A stretch of 64,000 nt of DNA from positions 56,670,001-56,734,000 of the forward strand of contig NC_045696.1 in assembly GCF_009834535.1 (NCBI RefSeq), given 5' to 3'. This document shows, one piece after another, positions 27,600-40,612 of this stretch (position 1 is the stretch's first letter; the number at the start of each line of letters is the position of its first letter). The notes below the pieces were generated by a model. It saw only the letters and a list, made by a program, of their open reading frames with translations. It searched no databases and was not told the DNA's origin. Source of the stretch: Camelus ferus. Taxonomy: Eukaryota. The translations under genes and the position numbers were made by a program.

Positions 27600-30500
27600 C
27601 AGGGGAGGAGGCAGATAGGGGTAATAAGGAAGGCAAGAAAAAAAGAAGGTAAGAAAGACAATAAGGAAGAGGAAGTGAGGGGCAGGAGAGAGTAAGTACT
27701 TCCCTCTTTCCCAGGAGGGTGATGGAGACAAGGCAGGGGTAAGAGCATCTCCTATTTTGCAGGCTTACACAGTGTCATAGAACACAGGAAAGGACAGAGA
27801 TCTAGGAAGGAAAGAAGGGAAGTCATCTGTTTCAGGCTGTGGGATGTTGAGGAGAAAAGGGTTGTTAGCCATGGATGATTTATAATAGTAAAAATGGAAA
27901 CAATCTAAGTATCTGACAATAGAGCAATCATCTTATAAACATGTAGTGAATTATAATGCCACATGAAAAATTATCTTTACTCAAGGAGTTTAAAAAGACA
28001 TGGAAAAAGACACAAAATATGTTTAATTAAAAAAAAAAACAGAATTTAAAACTGAATTAGAGCTTGAGTTTACTTACAGTAAGTATATTTGTAACTGCTT
28101 AAGAAAAAAAAAACAGCATTAATATAAGAGTATTCACAGCCTCTTCCCCTTCCCCTCACTGCTCCCCATGGAAAATTCTGCTTTGCTCATTTCCCCTCCC
28201 TCAGCCCTTTGAACTCCAGTCTTACCATGTAGATCAATGTTACACATGTGCGCATGTGTGTGGGTGTGTGTGCATCTCCTGGGAAAAGAGGGTGAGGACC
28301 TACATCTAAGTGTCATTTTCTAGAGGCAAAAGGTAGGGGGAGGCAAGGCCAAGCCATGAACCAGCAGTCTAGGCCCAAGGAGCTTGGGGAAGACAAGAGC
28401 ATGGCGAAGAGGTGAGAGAGGGTTGGAGTCCAGGAAAAACTGGGGAAAGGGGACTTTCAAAAGTGTTGCTGTGGGTCATATACTGCATGTTCTTTAATGT
28501 TTTCAGGAGAAGCAAATGAAGTTTGGGATTATTTTCAATTACTTTTGACTTCTGGCTGCATTGGACCCCCAGACCTTATTTATTTACACACATGTGCAAA
28601 GAAAAAGACTAGAAAGAAAGAAACCAAAACATTAGAAGTGGTTAACTCTGCATTGGTGGGATTATTAGGGATTGGCACTTTTATTTAAGTTTTGAATAAA
28701 AACATGTATTAATGGTAGGGGGTGCATTGTTGTTTAAAGAAGTTTAAATACTTATAATAGCCTAGGCTGGTTGAACTACAAAGTGTTATGGAGTGAATGA
28801 GGTGATCCAGTGGGTTTAGATTACTTTCTCAAGGAGTGTTTATGTATTGGAGAGACTTAGGCAAAAGCTTAAAGAGGCTGGAAGTCCAAGACATTTTTGG
28901 AGGGTGGGGGCTTTGGGGATAGTGAAACTTAAAGTTTCACAAATTAGACATCAGACACCTTGTAAGGATGTATTGTTTTGAAACATTTTTGATAATTTGT
29001 ATGTCCTGCAGCAGAGGGAATTTTATGATGTGATCTTTAGTTATCTTTGAGGTGTTTCTCACTTGGCCCAAATAATACTGGTTGAGAACTAAAAGATAAT
29101 TTCCTCAGCTGAGGATTAATTGGGTTAAAATTTGGACTTTCCAACAGTCAAGTGATTAGGGCTATAGTGATAACAAAGGTAAACTTTAAAGGACTCTGAC
29201 CTTCAAAAGAATGCTGATTCAGGAATGCTGAGTCAAACTGGAAGCAGATTTGTTTGTTAAATTCTGGGATTCCAGAAGTTAGAGGAAGGTGCATGATGAA
29301 CAAAATTCAATATATTATTATGTGAGATGTTAATGGATTGAGCTTGTTATGTTCACAGCTGACTCTGCATACACTCAAAAAGAGTTTGCATTAATTCTTA
29401 GATTATTAATGAAGTACACTAAAAGAAAATTAAGGTTTTGGGACATAGTCTTCCTGTCTTCCAGGGTATCAAACACAATGGTAATGATAGCATATCCCAT
29501 AATCCTCTCTTGGAGGAAACATTAAGTAATTTTCATGTCTTCAAATTCCCAGAGATGACTTACGTGGGGAGTCAGTGAAGCTGATGAAGCATCGGATCTG
29601 GTCTGTGACAGTGAAGACACACCTACCATACAGTTTCAGCTGGAGGACTGTCAGATGGGTCCCTAAATATAATTTCCTCAGACTTTCTCGGTGAGAGTCT
29701 GGAGTACTTATTTGGAAGAGGTTACAAGTGGGGGAAAGTGATGAATGCAGATTGCCTGTGGTTAATTAATGAAGCATAAAATCGGAAAGAGAGATTAACT
29801 TGTCAAGAAGGTGTAAATGAAAAGACAAAAGGATAGATTTTGCAAGAACAGCCTGGGTGTGTATATCAAGACAAGGGAAGCAGAATGGTAGGTGATACAG
29901 GTTACAGAACAGGGGGAGGATAACCACTACCTTGATGGAGCTGGTGTTCAAAGAGGCACTGTGGAGTTTTGGGGCCCCTCTGTCCCCACATGCGTGAGCA
30001 CAAGGCTGGAAATGAGCAGGGGAAATACTGGAGAAGAAACGCTTTCAGTGGCCACTATGTGGAAAGTGCTCGAAGGAATTCAGAACAGGAGGGAAGTAAC
30101 AAGTCCAAGGAGAAGTGCAGAGCAAGGAAACAGGGGGAAGAGGAGGAGGAAACAAATGTGTTTTCAGAATTTACTAGAAGGCAAGCAGAAACTTTTGATG
30201 CAGCTGTTTTGAAGACTTTATATTAACCCAGGCTTTTAAATGCAGTTTCCCCAAACTTCCCTGTCAAAATGTACGTTAACTACTTATGAATAATGAATTA
30301 ACACACACAACCGATGCACTTGACTGTCATTTCTGGTGGGAGACTTCCGTTTTCTACTTTGTTAATTTCTGTATCACTTAAGTTTTTATAGGTATGTATA
30401 ATAAGACAAAACAAGAAAAATTCTATCAGAACGAGGTTAGCTTCCATGGGCAAGCCACCTGTACCCGATGATCTTATTCATGTTAAATAAAATGTATCAA

Positions 30501-30656
30501 TAGTCATAGAAATAATAATACTATATAATAAAAGGATATTACTGAGCTTATTACACATCACACTCACATTTTCCTTAAAGGTTAGGTTTAAAACCTCACC
30601 CCTCACCCTCTACAAACAAAATGTGATATAAAATGTGTGGCTCCACTGTTGCCCAC

Positions 30657-31263
30657 TGTGGAAGCCCATGACTGGGTTAACAAATTGTAACAATCTCAGC
30701 TGCTTATCTCCTTGAAGATGTGCTTAGCAACTGCCTTGAGGTTTTAGCAATGACCCAGGCCCCCTGCTATAAACGCTGGGCGTGCCTGCTGTTAGTCTTC
30801 TATCCCCAAAACAGCCTTGGGCTGGAATGGTAAACAACTTATAAAAAGCTGCAGACTCAGAGGTGAGAAGGCTGGTTAGCCAATGACGGGTAAGATCCCC
30901 TGAGGGGGGCAACCTAAGACTGGCACAGCCGCCTGAGTCCAAGCTGTTAAGCAGCTAATTCTCATACGTTCCACCCTGATAAGCTGAAAGGCTCAACTTG
31001 AACATGATTCACCAAAAAGGGTCTTCTGACCTTGAGCCAAACACCAACAATAAACAAAGCCTTTGTACTCACTGTGATCCCACCCTGTCCTTCCCTAAAT
31101 TCCTGCATTCCTCCTTTGACTGTACTCAATAAATATGGGAGATTTGAGCCGCTCGTGGAGTTGGCTCCCGACTCCCTCTTGCTCTCTTAACTTTTCCAGA
31201 GTCTTGAGTAATTCATTCCGTCTTGGTGGGACTTCTGCTGGCCAGAACCCACAACTGCCCACA
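30657..31263 (+). mobile_element. ERV1-like solo LTR (~600 bp) in HGD intron 4
   Basis: TGTGG...CCACA termini, 4-bp TSD ccac (30653-30656 / 31264-31267), TATAAA 30768 and 30840, CCAAT 30880, AATAAA 31049 and 31128. Right end could instead be 31253. Confidence 0.8.
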
Positions 31264-31941
31264 CCACCACGAACAAATCCATGACGATGTATTAAGGTTA
31301 CAGAGGCTTAAATAACTATGTGGACGATATGAGCAGGCAGGGCCACTGGACCGCCCCTCTCCACCCCATGTACCACTGGTTATTTGACAGTTATCTTAAA
31401 GGCCCCATGCTTTGAATTCCCAAACATCTGCCTGTGGACTTTTCCTATAACCCTTCTTTTAGTCTAGCTCAATGGTTCTCAAATTTGGTGTACATAAGAA
31501 TTACCATACAGGGTAGCTACACACAAAACCATGTATCCTAGACTTTATGGGTGAGTTAAGGGCTTTTTCAGAGATAATTTTGTCTGTATTTAATTTTTGT
31601 CTTACTTGCTGATTTTACAACCACCCTGTTCCTTTGTATAATATGAGATTTGACTCTACTTGAGAGAACTGTTAGAAATTTAATTGGGGATTCTCTATAC
31701 CACCTGAAGAAAAGAATTAGAAAATTTACTTTGGGTCAAATACCTTCTCAACCTTCCAAAACTAGTATATAATAAATGCTTAATTTTTAGCCTGAACAAG
31801 AATCCTATAGAAGTATAGGTATCCATCCTTTATTTTTTCTCATGAAAGACAGAGTCCTGTTATTAAGCAGTCAGGTCTATTTATTAATCTAAAGCAGATG
31901 AGTATGACCATTGTAATTCTCAGAGAGAAATTAGAGAATTT

Positions 31942-32851
31942 TTTTTCATTGAAGTATAGTTGATTTACAATGTTCTGTTAGTTTCTGGTGTACAGCATAG
32001 TGATTCAATCATATTCTTTTTCAGATTCCTTTTTATTATAGGTTATTATAAGATATTGAATATAGTTCCCTGTGCTATACCATAGGATTCTGTTGTTTAT
32101 CTAATTTGTATCTGCTAATCCCATACTCCAAATTTATCCCTTCCCCTATTCTCCTTTGGTAACCATAAGTTTGTTTTCTATGTCTGTGTGTCTATTTCTG
32201 TTTTGTAAGTAAGTTCACTTGTCTCATTTTTTTAGATTGTGCATATAGTGGTGTCATGTAATATTTGTTTTTCTCTGACTTATTTCACTTCACTAGAGTA
32301 TGATAATTTTTAGGTCCGTCCATGTTGCTGCAAATGGCATTATTTCATTCTTTTTTATGGCTGAGAAGTATTCCATTGTGTATATATACACAACTTCTTT
32401 ATCCAATCATCTGTTGATGCACATTTAGGTTGCTTCCATGTCTTGGCTATTGTAAATAATGCTGCTGTGAACACTGAAGTGCATGTATCTTTTTGAACTG
32501 GAGTTTTCTCTGGATATATGTCCAGGAATGGGATTGCTGGATCATATTGTAACTCTATTTTTAGTTTTTTAAGGCATCTCTGTACCGCTTTCCATAATGG
32601 CTGCAACCAATTACATTCCCACCAACAGTGTAGGAGGGTTTCCTTTTTTCCACACCCTCTCCAGCATTTATCCTTTATGGACTTTTGAATGATGGCCATT
32701 CTGACCACTGTGAGGTGATACCTCATTGTAGTTTTGGTTTGTATTTCTCTGATAATTAGTGATATTGAACATCTTTTCATGTGCCTATTGGCCATCTGTA
32801 TTTCCTCATTGGAGAAATGTCTGTTTAGGTCTTCCGCCCATTCTGGGGTTG
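31942..32851 (-). mobile_element. 5'-truncated L1 (ORF2 C-terminus + 3'UTR) with TSD
   Basis: ORF 32355..32879 encodes L1 ORF2p C-terminal motifs (MRYHLT, CWRGCG, HCWWEC, YDPAIP); TSD aaattagagaattt (31928-31941) / aagttagagaattt (32852-32865). Confidence 0.95.
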
Positions 32852-33149
32852 AAGTTAGAGAATTTGAGATGTAACCCATTAAGGAGTCAAGCAGGTTCTC
32901 AGAGAAGGAACAGTTACTTTAGATAGAATGATTTATGGCCCTTTATGAGATGAGTGTGGAAATAAATAGTTCAATGAATGAGGTAAGTGATTAAATGACT
33001 GTGGTCTGCCAGATGGGTTTCTGACTCCAGAGTGTGAGAGAGAAGGCTATAGGGATTGAATTAGGAGCCCAGATGAGACTCAGGGGCAGGTGAATATGGG
33101 GTCCACAGGTTGCCTGTGGAAATTGTCCCGCACAGGGCCCTGCTCTGCC

Positions 33150-33181
33150 CAAGGGGCAAGGGGCAAGGGGCAAGGGGCAAG
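33150..33181 (+). repeat. (CAAGGGG)4 tandem repeat
   Basis: caaggggcaaggggcaaggggcaaggggcaag. Confidence 0.9.
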
Positions 33182-34999
33182 AGCTGAAAGCCTGGCCTTG
33201 TGTCTCAGCACAGGACTGCGCCTGCAGTTGGAGGTTGGAGCAGGGACTGCCTTTTTCCCTGGGCTTAAAGGCTATATATAGGCCAGAACTAGACTAGGGA
33301 GGATATCTGTTTCATGTACTAAACTTAACACAAGTTTAAGGGTCAGTTATTTAGACAGGATGTCTTGGTTTCAAAATGGCTGTGAGGTAGATAATATTTT
33401 AAGTTGTTAACCACATATTTTTCCACTCTCAAGGCCTCTCTTCCTGTCCCTGTTGGAGAGGAGTTAGTATCATTCAAGCAGGTACTTAGTTCTCTGAGAT
33501 TTCTATAATTAGGGAAAAGATGGAGCAGGGCAAGAAATCAAAAGTGACTATAAATTATTGTGCCATTTGTTCTCCAAAGAGTCTAAGCATTTAAGGGAAG
33601 GTATAGGATTAGTAGGTATAGCCCAAACAGAATTGGGCTGTGGAAAGGAGTTGGGGGAGGGGAGAAAAGCAGAGGAAAAGGGAGAGGAGGGAGAGAGGGA
33701 GACTGACTAACTTGTGTGGACTGTGAATACAGAGGCGACCCATGAACCTGTGACCTAGCAACTCCCACAAGGAAGAAATGGCTGTGTGGCATATCCAGGA
33801 CAACAGGACCAGAAATGTCTTGCAGATGAGTTTGTGCCCAAACCTGGCACAACGGTAGCAGAACAGTGGGCATGTCAACACTACCCAGTGAGAGAGGACC
33901 AACCATCAAGACTCGACCCCCATCCTACTCTGGCATCGTTTAGGACCAGACATTCCCAGGGAAGGCTGAGGCGAAATTGTTTTCTGCCAGTCTGGCAGAT
34001 GGAGACTTCAGAATTTAAAAGTAGAAAATGAAAAAAATGTACCTGAATATGAATTCTGAGATTTATATGTTCTACCATTGCCTTTAGGTGAATAGATCAA
34101 AATGGCTGTATCAGAGTCATGGTTCTTGCCTACAGTATTCCAGGCACTGTGTGAAGCACGTTCACACCTGTTCTGTCAAGTAATCTTCACAACAACACTG
34201 CATGGCAGATGTCGTGATCACCCCAGTTTACAGGTGAAACACTAACTCAAAGACACAGCAGGTAAGTAGAGGGTCAGGGATGCAAATTCAGGTCTGTTTT
34301 CCTCCCTGCATTTTGTACTTGTTATCAGTGACATGGACCTAAACTCAGGAGCAAAGGGAACACACTAAGGTTCTCAGAAGGTTAAAAAAAAAATAGATCT
34401 CAGTCCATTATAGCATTGGATCTGTCTCATTACTGAAAGCAGAGTACGTAAATAATAGTGATATCCAGAAGGAAAGTCCATTTGTCACCAGATCAAAAGA
34501 AGGAAACTCTTAGGAATGGAAGTTCCTAGGTGACAAGAGACAGAATCCAGCTCAGACAACAAGCCTCTTGTTTCTATACCAGAGGCCTCTTTTCCAGTAT
34601 GTAAGTATTGGATGTGTTTTCAGTATTCTGTGATAAGTGAGTTTAGATTAAAACAAACAAACCAGCCTTAGGGCATATAGATGCATTTTCACCAGTCTAT
34701 ATAATTCCCTTTCATCCAACTCACCTGGGCACTCTGGCTGAGTCTGAACCAGTTCTGTGCCCACCTAGAAGCCATTAGGCTAGAAGAACAAAAGTTTATA
34801 TACACAAACGCACACATACACACACGCACGTGCACAGGCACAATCAGTCAATTCCAAAATTCCCATGCAAGTTTGAGCAAAAGAACAGACACATTTAAAA
34901 AAAAATCTGTCTAATTTCTCAAAGACCTGGGCTAGATTTAAATATTTATACTCAATGCTTTGAATACATGCTATGTTCCAATTCACAGGACCAGGTTAC

Positions 35000-35105
35000 C
35001 TGGTTAGGATCAGGATCAACTTCATCCCAGTTGTGAGTGACGTGGCCTTGGTCAATGGATTCAAAAGGCTTGTGAGAAACAGAAGGTAGAATCCTATACA
35101 GCCAG
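35000..35105 (-). CDS. HGD: HGD exon 4 ([35 protein letters not shown])
   Basis: 106 nt within ORF 34952..35158, AG/GT boundaries. Confidence 0.98.
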
Positions 35106-37544
35106 CTGGGGGGAAACAAGGACACATAAACCTCAGGGTGATGGTATGAGTGATGCACAGACTGGATTAGGAAGTGCCATCAGGAGGACGCTCAAGTCAA
35201 CAACGATCTGTGGGCTTTAATGTGGGAAGCAATGACATAGCATCACTTCTGAATAGCCACTGCTGTCCATAGCCCTGGCCACTTCTCAGCTTTCACTTCA
35301 CCCATCACTCTTCACATTGAGGCTCCAGATCTTGGTTATTTCCATACTGACAAAAAAAAAGAATTGTCTTTCCCAATGACAACTATAAAGGAAGGAAGAG
35401 TACCTTGAAGGATATCTGTTCAGGCAAATCCACAGACAAACGTTAGCTTATGTACATCATTGGATACGAATCCTTGCTCTGGCTCTGGAAAGGGAGGACG
35501 TTAAGCCTACATAGATTGAGAGAATTTGGATGGCTTCTTTGTTATTTTTGAAATATAAATCAATTATCTTCTTCAAAATTATAAAGGTAATTCATGCCAG
35601 TGGTAATAATAATTCAAGTAATTCAGAAAGTCTCAGAAGGTAAATGGTGTTCACCTCCAGTTTTTTCAGGGCCAATCCTTAGAGGCATCAGAATTGAACA
35701 ACTTTCTTGTATATTCTCAGATATTTTCAATGCATGATAAGCAAAATCACCAAGTTGTTGTATCACTTTATTCTCACATCTGTAATGTGTGAGCGTGCCT
35801 GATAACCCAAACATGGAGTATTAGTAATAATTTTGGCCTTAGAGGTAAAAAGTAGTATCTCATTTTTATTTTGCACTATGTTTATTATGCATAAGACTGA
35901 GGATCTATATGTTTATTGGCCTCTTGTAATTTTTCTATGAATTACTTGCACAAGTCCTTTATCATTTTCTTACTGGGTTGTCTTTTTGACATTAATTTGT
36001 AAGAGGTTCAGGGAATTAACACATCTGTCCTCTAAAATAATAAGACTACCTATCTATATTTCCTTACAGTACATTTATGGCTTTATTTCAGGAAGAGAAG
36101 ACTCTAATGAAGGAACCCTGAAGGACACTAGGATGAGAACCATCCAGAAGTTGAGAAGGACACTGAAACTCACTAGAAGGGACCTAAGTCCTTTCAGAGG
36201 CCATTACCCTGTCAGAGGACTGCAGGAAGAAGAACATCACCTGGGCAATGGAAGACCAGAGCTGCTTGAACAGGCTCTGGCCCTTTGAGCCCCAGGACAG
36301 TTTACTTCAAAGGGTGGAGTTGACCTGGCCCCACACTGAGCCATTTAGGAGATAAAGGGGCTAGATTTGTTTGGTTTTTATTTGATTCCTCCAGTTCTAG
36401 ATGATGTGATCTCAGACACTGAACTGCAGGCCATGCAGTAACTAAGCCTCTCCAGCTTCTAGTAGTGGAATTGAGAACCCGTGTGTGTATCTTAGAACCA
36501 ACTGTGTCTTCTTGGGCCAGTTACAAAACTTTCTTGATCCTACATTCCCCATCCTTACCTCCCAGGATTGTTGTGAGGTCTCAGAGTTTACGTACCCAGA
36601 ATGCCTGGCATACAGTTGGTGCTTACTTATTAGATGTGTGTTGAACTGTCTATCTGTCTACCCCTGATCATCTGGGTTTTTGTAGTGGTCCAGATTTTCC
36701 ACATTTTGTGTCCTGGCTCTCCCTTCTCAGGACTTAAGGGAGCAGCTAACTAATCTGGTAAAAATCAGCTCCTGATAGATATAATCTCTGATAGTTTTGC
36801 AGGGGTGGGGGAGGGGTCCTACACTCTGTGGCTTAAATGAATAGTGACTAAATGTAAGAATTCCAGGCTTTCTCACCTATGGATGGAGCTGGCTCCATCT
36901 TCCCACTGGGAATTTTGAGCATTTTCACAAAATTCTTGTGGATTCCTTTGAAGAGTTCTAAGCAGATGGGTGAGCCATGCCCTGTGTCCCTTGTTTTTTA
37001 GCTGAGTTTATAAAACTCCCCAGGCAGCACTACATTGCCCTGGACAGAGATTTAATTCTGATTCAGGGAATGGTGCCAGCTTCTTAATGAAATGCCAACA
37101 GCTCCTTTTCAGCCTCCTGGAACAGAGCTCTGCTCCTGCTGGCTGAAGATATTGCTGAATAATGGAGGCAGGCAGCAGAATCCGGAGTCCAGGTGTCCCG
37201 TTAGTGAGTGGGTCATAAAGTCAAGAACATAGTCATGGAGGCCAGGCTGTCATAAATTAGAATGGACAGGAATCGTCTGTGTGCTTACCTTACCTTGACT
37301 ATCTGGGCCACAGAGGGAGAGAGAGAGATGATTAAATAGCAATAGAATTAGCCCCTGATTTGACAAGTATGGGAAACTATCTCTTCCTCCCTCCATGTAC
37401 ATGTCTATCCAGAGAGAAGCAATACTGATATTGGCATGATAACATGGCACCTGCCACTCAGTTCTCTGGTGGCCTCCTAGGGATACCCTGTACTGGAGGG
37501 AGACACTCTGCTATGGTGGCAATGATGATGCTTATAATAATTAA

Positions 37545-37765
37545 TGTTAATTGAGTAATCACCATGGACCCGGCATTGTGCTAAGCACTTTACATTTTTT
37601 CCTTTAATCCTCATCACAACTATGAAATAAGTATTATTATTATCATTTTAACAAATGAAAACCCAGAGGCTCTGAGAGGGTAGATGACCTGCCCAAGGTC
37701 ACAAAGCTGGAGAGAGAAGGAGTCAGGATTTAAACTCAGGGGGCCTGACTCTGGAGTGAGCCTGA
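37545..37765. mobile_element. MIR SINE (representative; others near 2330, 4200, 8090, 13640, 60890)
   Basis: attttaacaaatgaaaacccagaggct...acctgcccaaggtcacaaagct...ggatttaaactcagg core. Confidence 0.75.
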
Positions 37766-38672
37766 TTAACCACTAAGGGGAACAAGCTATCATTTGATTG
37801 GTCCACTCTGCTTTTGTACTCACTATCTCATTTGCATCTCAGGTGGACTCTGTGGAAATAAACTGAGTCACCTTCCACTAAGCAGTACAATACCACCTGC
37901 CCTCCTCCCCAAATCTCCAATATAAGTGGCAGCCCTCTTCAGAGACGCCCTCGTCTGAAATTCCTACAACTAGACGCTGCTTGTTTCAGTCACAGCACTT
38001 GCTGCCTCCCCAGACCACAACACTTACTGCGTCCAACCTGCCCCATGGGAGTTAATCAAGGGAGTGAGTTCACTGCCCTGGCTTGTAGGATTACAGCAAA
38101 CACAGAGCATGATGCATGGTGCTAATGAATGTGCTGGTTTCCAGCAAAGGCAAATTCCAAAGAGTAAAAACCTTGTTAATTCAAACCACAGGGGCCACAA
38201 TACATGACCTTTCATCTACCCAAGCTTGGATTATCCAACATTTTCATCTAAAGAACATAATACTTCTAGTCAGCTGAGGGGGATATTGCACTGAATCTTC
38301 TCTAATTTTGAGTTAATCAGTATTTTAAAAAAACACAAAAAATGAGTAACCCAAAATTCAGAACTCAACTGGTAACCCTAGGGTAAGGCCAGACTATGAG
38401 GAACATTTTCTTCTGTGTACAAGCATGGTTTATAAATGGAATTAGATGTGTGTTTTCAAGTCTCTCTGCAGCTGCTCTCTCACCTTCTTCCACCAGTCAC
38501 TTGATTCTAGCTGGAGATGAGGCCCATCCTCCCCTGACTATGATCCACAGCACAGCCTGTAAGCAGCAAGATCTTGGGCAGCCTGGGAGGCTGTGGTCCA
38601 GGTATAGGAGGCAGCATTGAATACTAGTCATGTACCCATAGACCTCAGGTCAGAATTACCCTAATCCTTTTA

Positions 38673-38762
<90 letters not shown>

Positions 38763-39592
38763 CTAAGACAAAGGAGGCAATAAATGACACCAGTCCAATC
38801 TGCAAAGCATCCCACCTTCCCACCAAGCAACTCAGTTGGGGAACTCTGCCTTGGATGGAGATGCTCTGGGCCACTCAGTGCACACAACTATCTCCAACCC
38901 ATATATACTTCTTGTAATAATATTTTAGGTGACTCTTCCCTCTGATGCAAAAAGTAATTCAAGCTTATTGTAGAAAATTTATGAACTATAACCCATTATC
39001 TCACCATGCAGAAATAACCCAATGTTGACATACGGATATATTTCCTTTCATTCTTAAATGGGGATTCTGTAATATGTGTAGTCCTGTTAATAATTAGGGC
39101 TTCTTCCTTTTTTAAAAAAGGAAGCACTATATAATGAGCACTTTTTTCATGCCATGAAGTATTCTTCAAAAACATTTGAAAAAAATTTGTTTGCCATATT
39201 TTTACTATTATAATGAACACCAGTGTGAACATCTTTGTACATACATTTCTTTAAAAAGGACTGATTATTTTCTCATCATTGTTATATCATATGCTGGTCA
39301 AGGGAACTACAAGGAAGTCCCCTTAACCCTGGACCTAGGGGATCCTCTTGAAAGTCCTACAGTTAGTCTTACTTATTTAGGGTTGGGTGCTTGGCCATAG
39401 GTAACCACCATCCAACTAACCTTCATATTGTCATTGTTTTGCATCCCAATTGTCTTAATGATTTGTGAAGCTCCTAGACAGTTCACAGGCTAAATTATAA
39501 GAACCATGGTGAGTAGAGGCACTTGGCCTGAAGGCCAGTCATTCATTCCTACAATTCAGAGCTCTCTAAGCTAATTTTCTATTCACTCATAC

Positions 39593-39664
39593 CTGTCCTT
39601 CTGGCAGGGCACCTGGGCAGCGAGGGTCCTCCGAGGCACACTCATTCCCAAATCCAGAAAGATA
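39593..39664 (-). CDS. HGD: HGD exon 2 ([24 protein letters not shown])
   Basis: 72 nt, cag| acceptor, |gtatga donor, translation matches the HGD N-terminus. Confidence 0.97.
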
Positions 39665-40569
39665 CTGCATATGACAAAGACACAGAACCATTATCAACAG
39701 GATTTGACAGTCTACAAAGGTAAGAATTTCTATATGAACATGCGTTTGTATATCACATTTTATACATAGTACCTTTGCTATGTCTTGGCATGTGAACCGT
39801 TTAGGAAAGATAATATTCTCTGTGTGAATTTTAAAGACCCTCAGTTAAGTGGGAGAATAATGCTGGATATTGCATAGACTCTCCACCCTTAGCTGTACTT
39901 AGTCAATTTATGGGCTTGTTCTTAATTATCTCACTCCAGGGACAGGTTCTTTAATTCTGGTTCCATCAGGGAGTTCCTGAGAGGGGAGATGGCTCAGGCA
40001 TCACCTCAATTCCAGGTTAGCAGGGTCCTGCTTGCCTAGACTGCAACCTCCCTGAGGTTGGAGCTCCATTTCCCCTCCATACTCTGAAACAAGCACCTGT
40101 AAGGAGGTGTGTGGAACCAATCTGACAGCAAAACCCTTGAGAGAAAGCCCTTCAACGAGCCTCACTGCAGGCAAAAGCTTCTCCCTGGAGCACTTGTGTA
40201 TATATTTGCATCTGTGTGGATGTATGGAAACAAATTGTGAAGATATGGGTAGCTTTCTGGAGAAGTGCCAAACCAGCATCTGTCCTCAGTGGCACAATGG
40301 AGTGCATTCTGATTGCCATCTGTTTACATCAGGAAAAAGGGATTTCTTAACAAAGCAAAGTGTGCAGAGCCCCTGAAACTTACTCTGACTTAACAGTCAA
40401 CACACCTGTGAATTCTTTTTCACTGGCTGGCTTCTCTGCTAGTTTATAAACTCCATGAAGGCTGGAACGATGGCACTTTGTTTACCTCTACTTGCCTGGT
40501 GCCTGGTTTGTAAAAGGTAATCAATAGATACCTGTTGTTTGATTTAGTTTTTCCCTTAGAGTCTGTTCT

Positions 40570-40612
40570 TTTTTTTTTTTTTTTTTTAACTTTTTTTTTA
40601 TTGAGTTATAGT
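40570..40612 (-). mobile_element. 43-bp L1-tail-like retro-insertion with perfect TSD
   Basis: gagtctgttct at 40559-40569 and 40613-40623; insert reads actataactcaataaaaaaaaagtt + poly(A) on minus strand. Confidence 0.85.

Noticed and set aside
32355..32879. 174-aa ORF as a possible host gene
   Set aside because: It is the C-terminal part of L1 ORF2 in a 5'-truncated copy.
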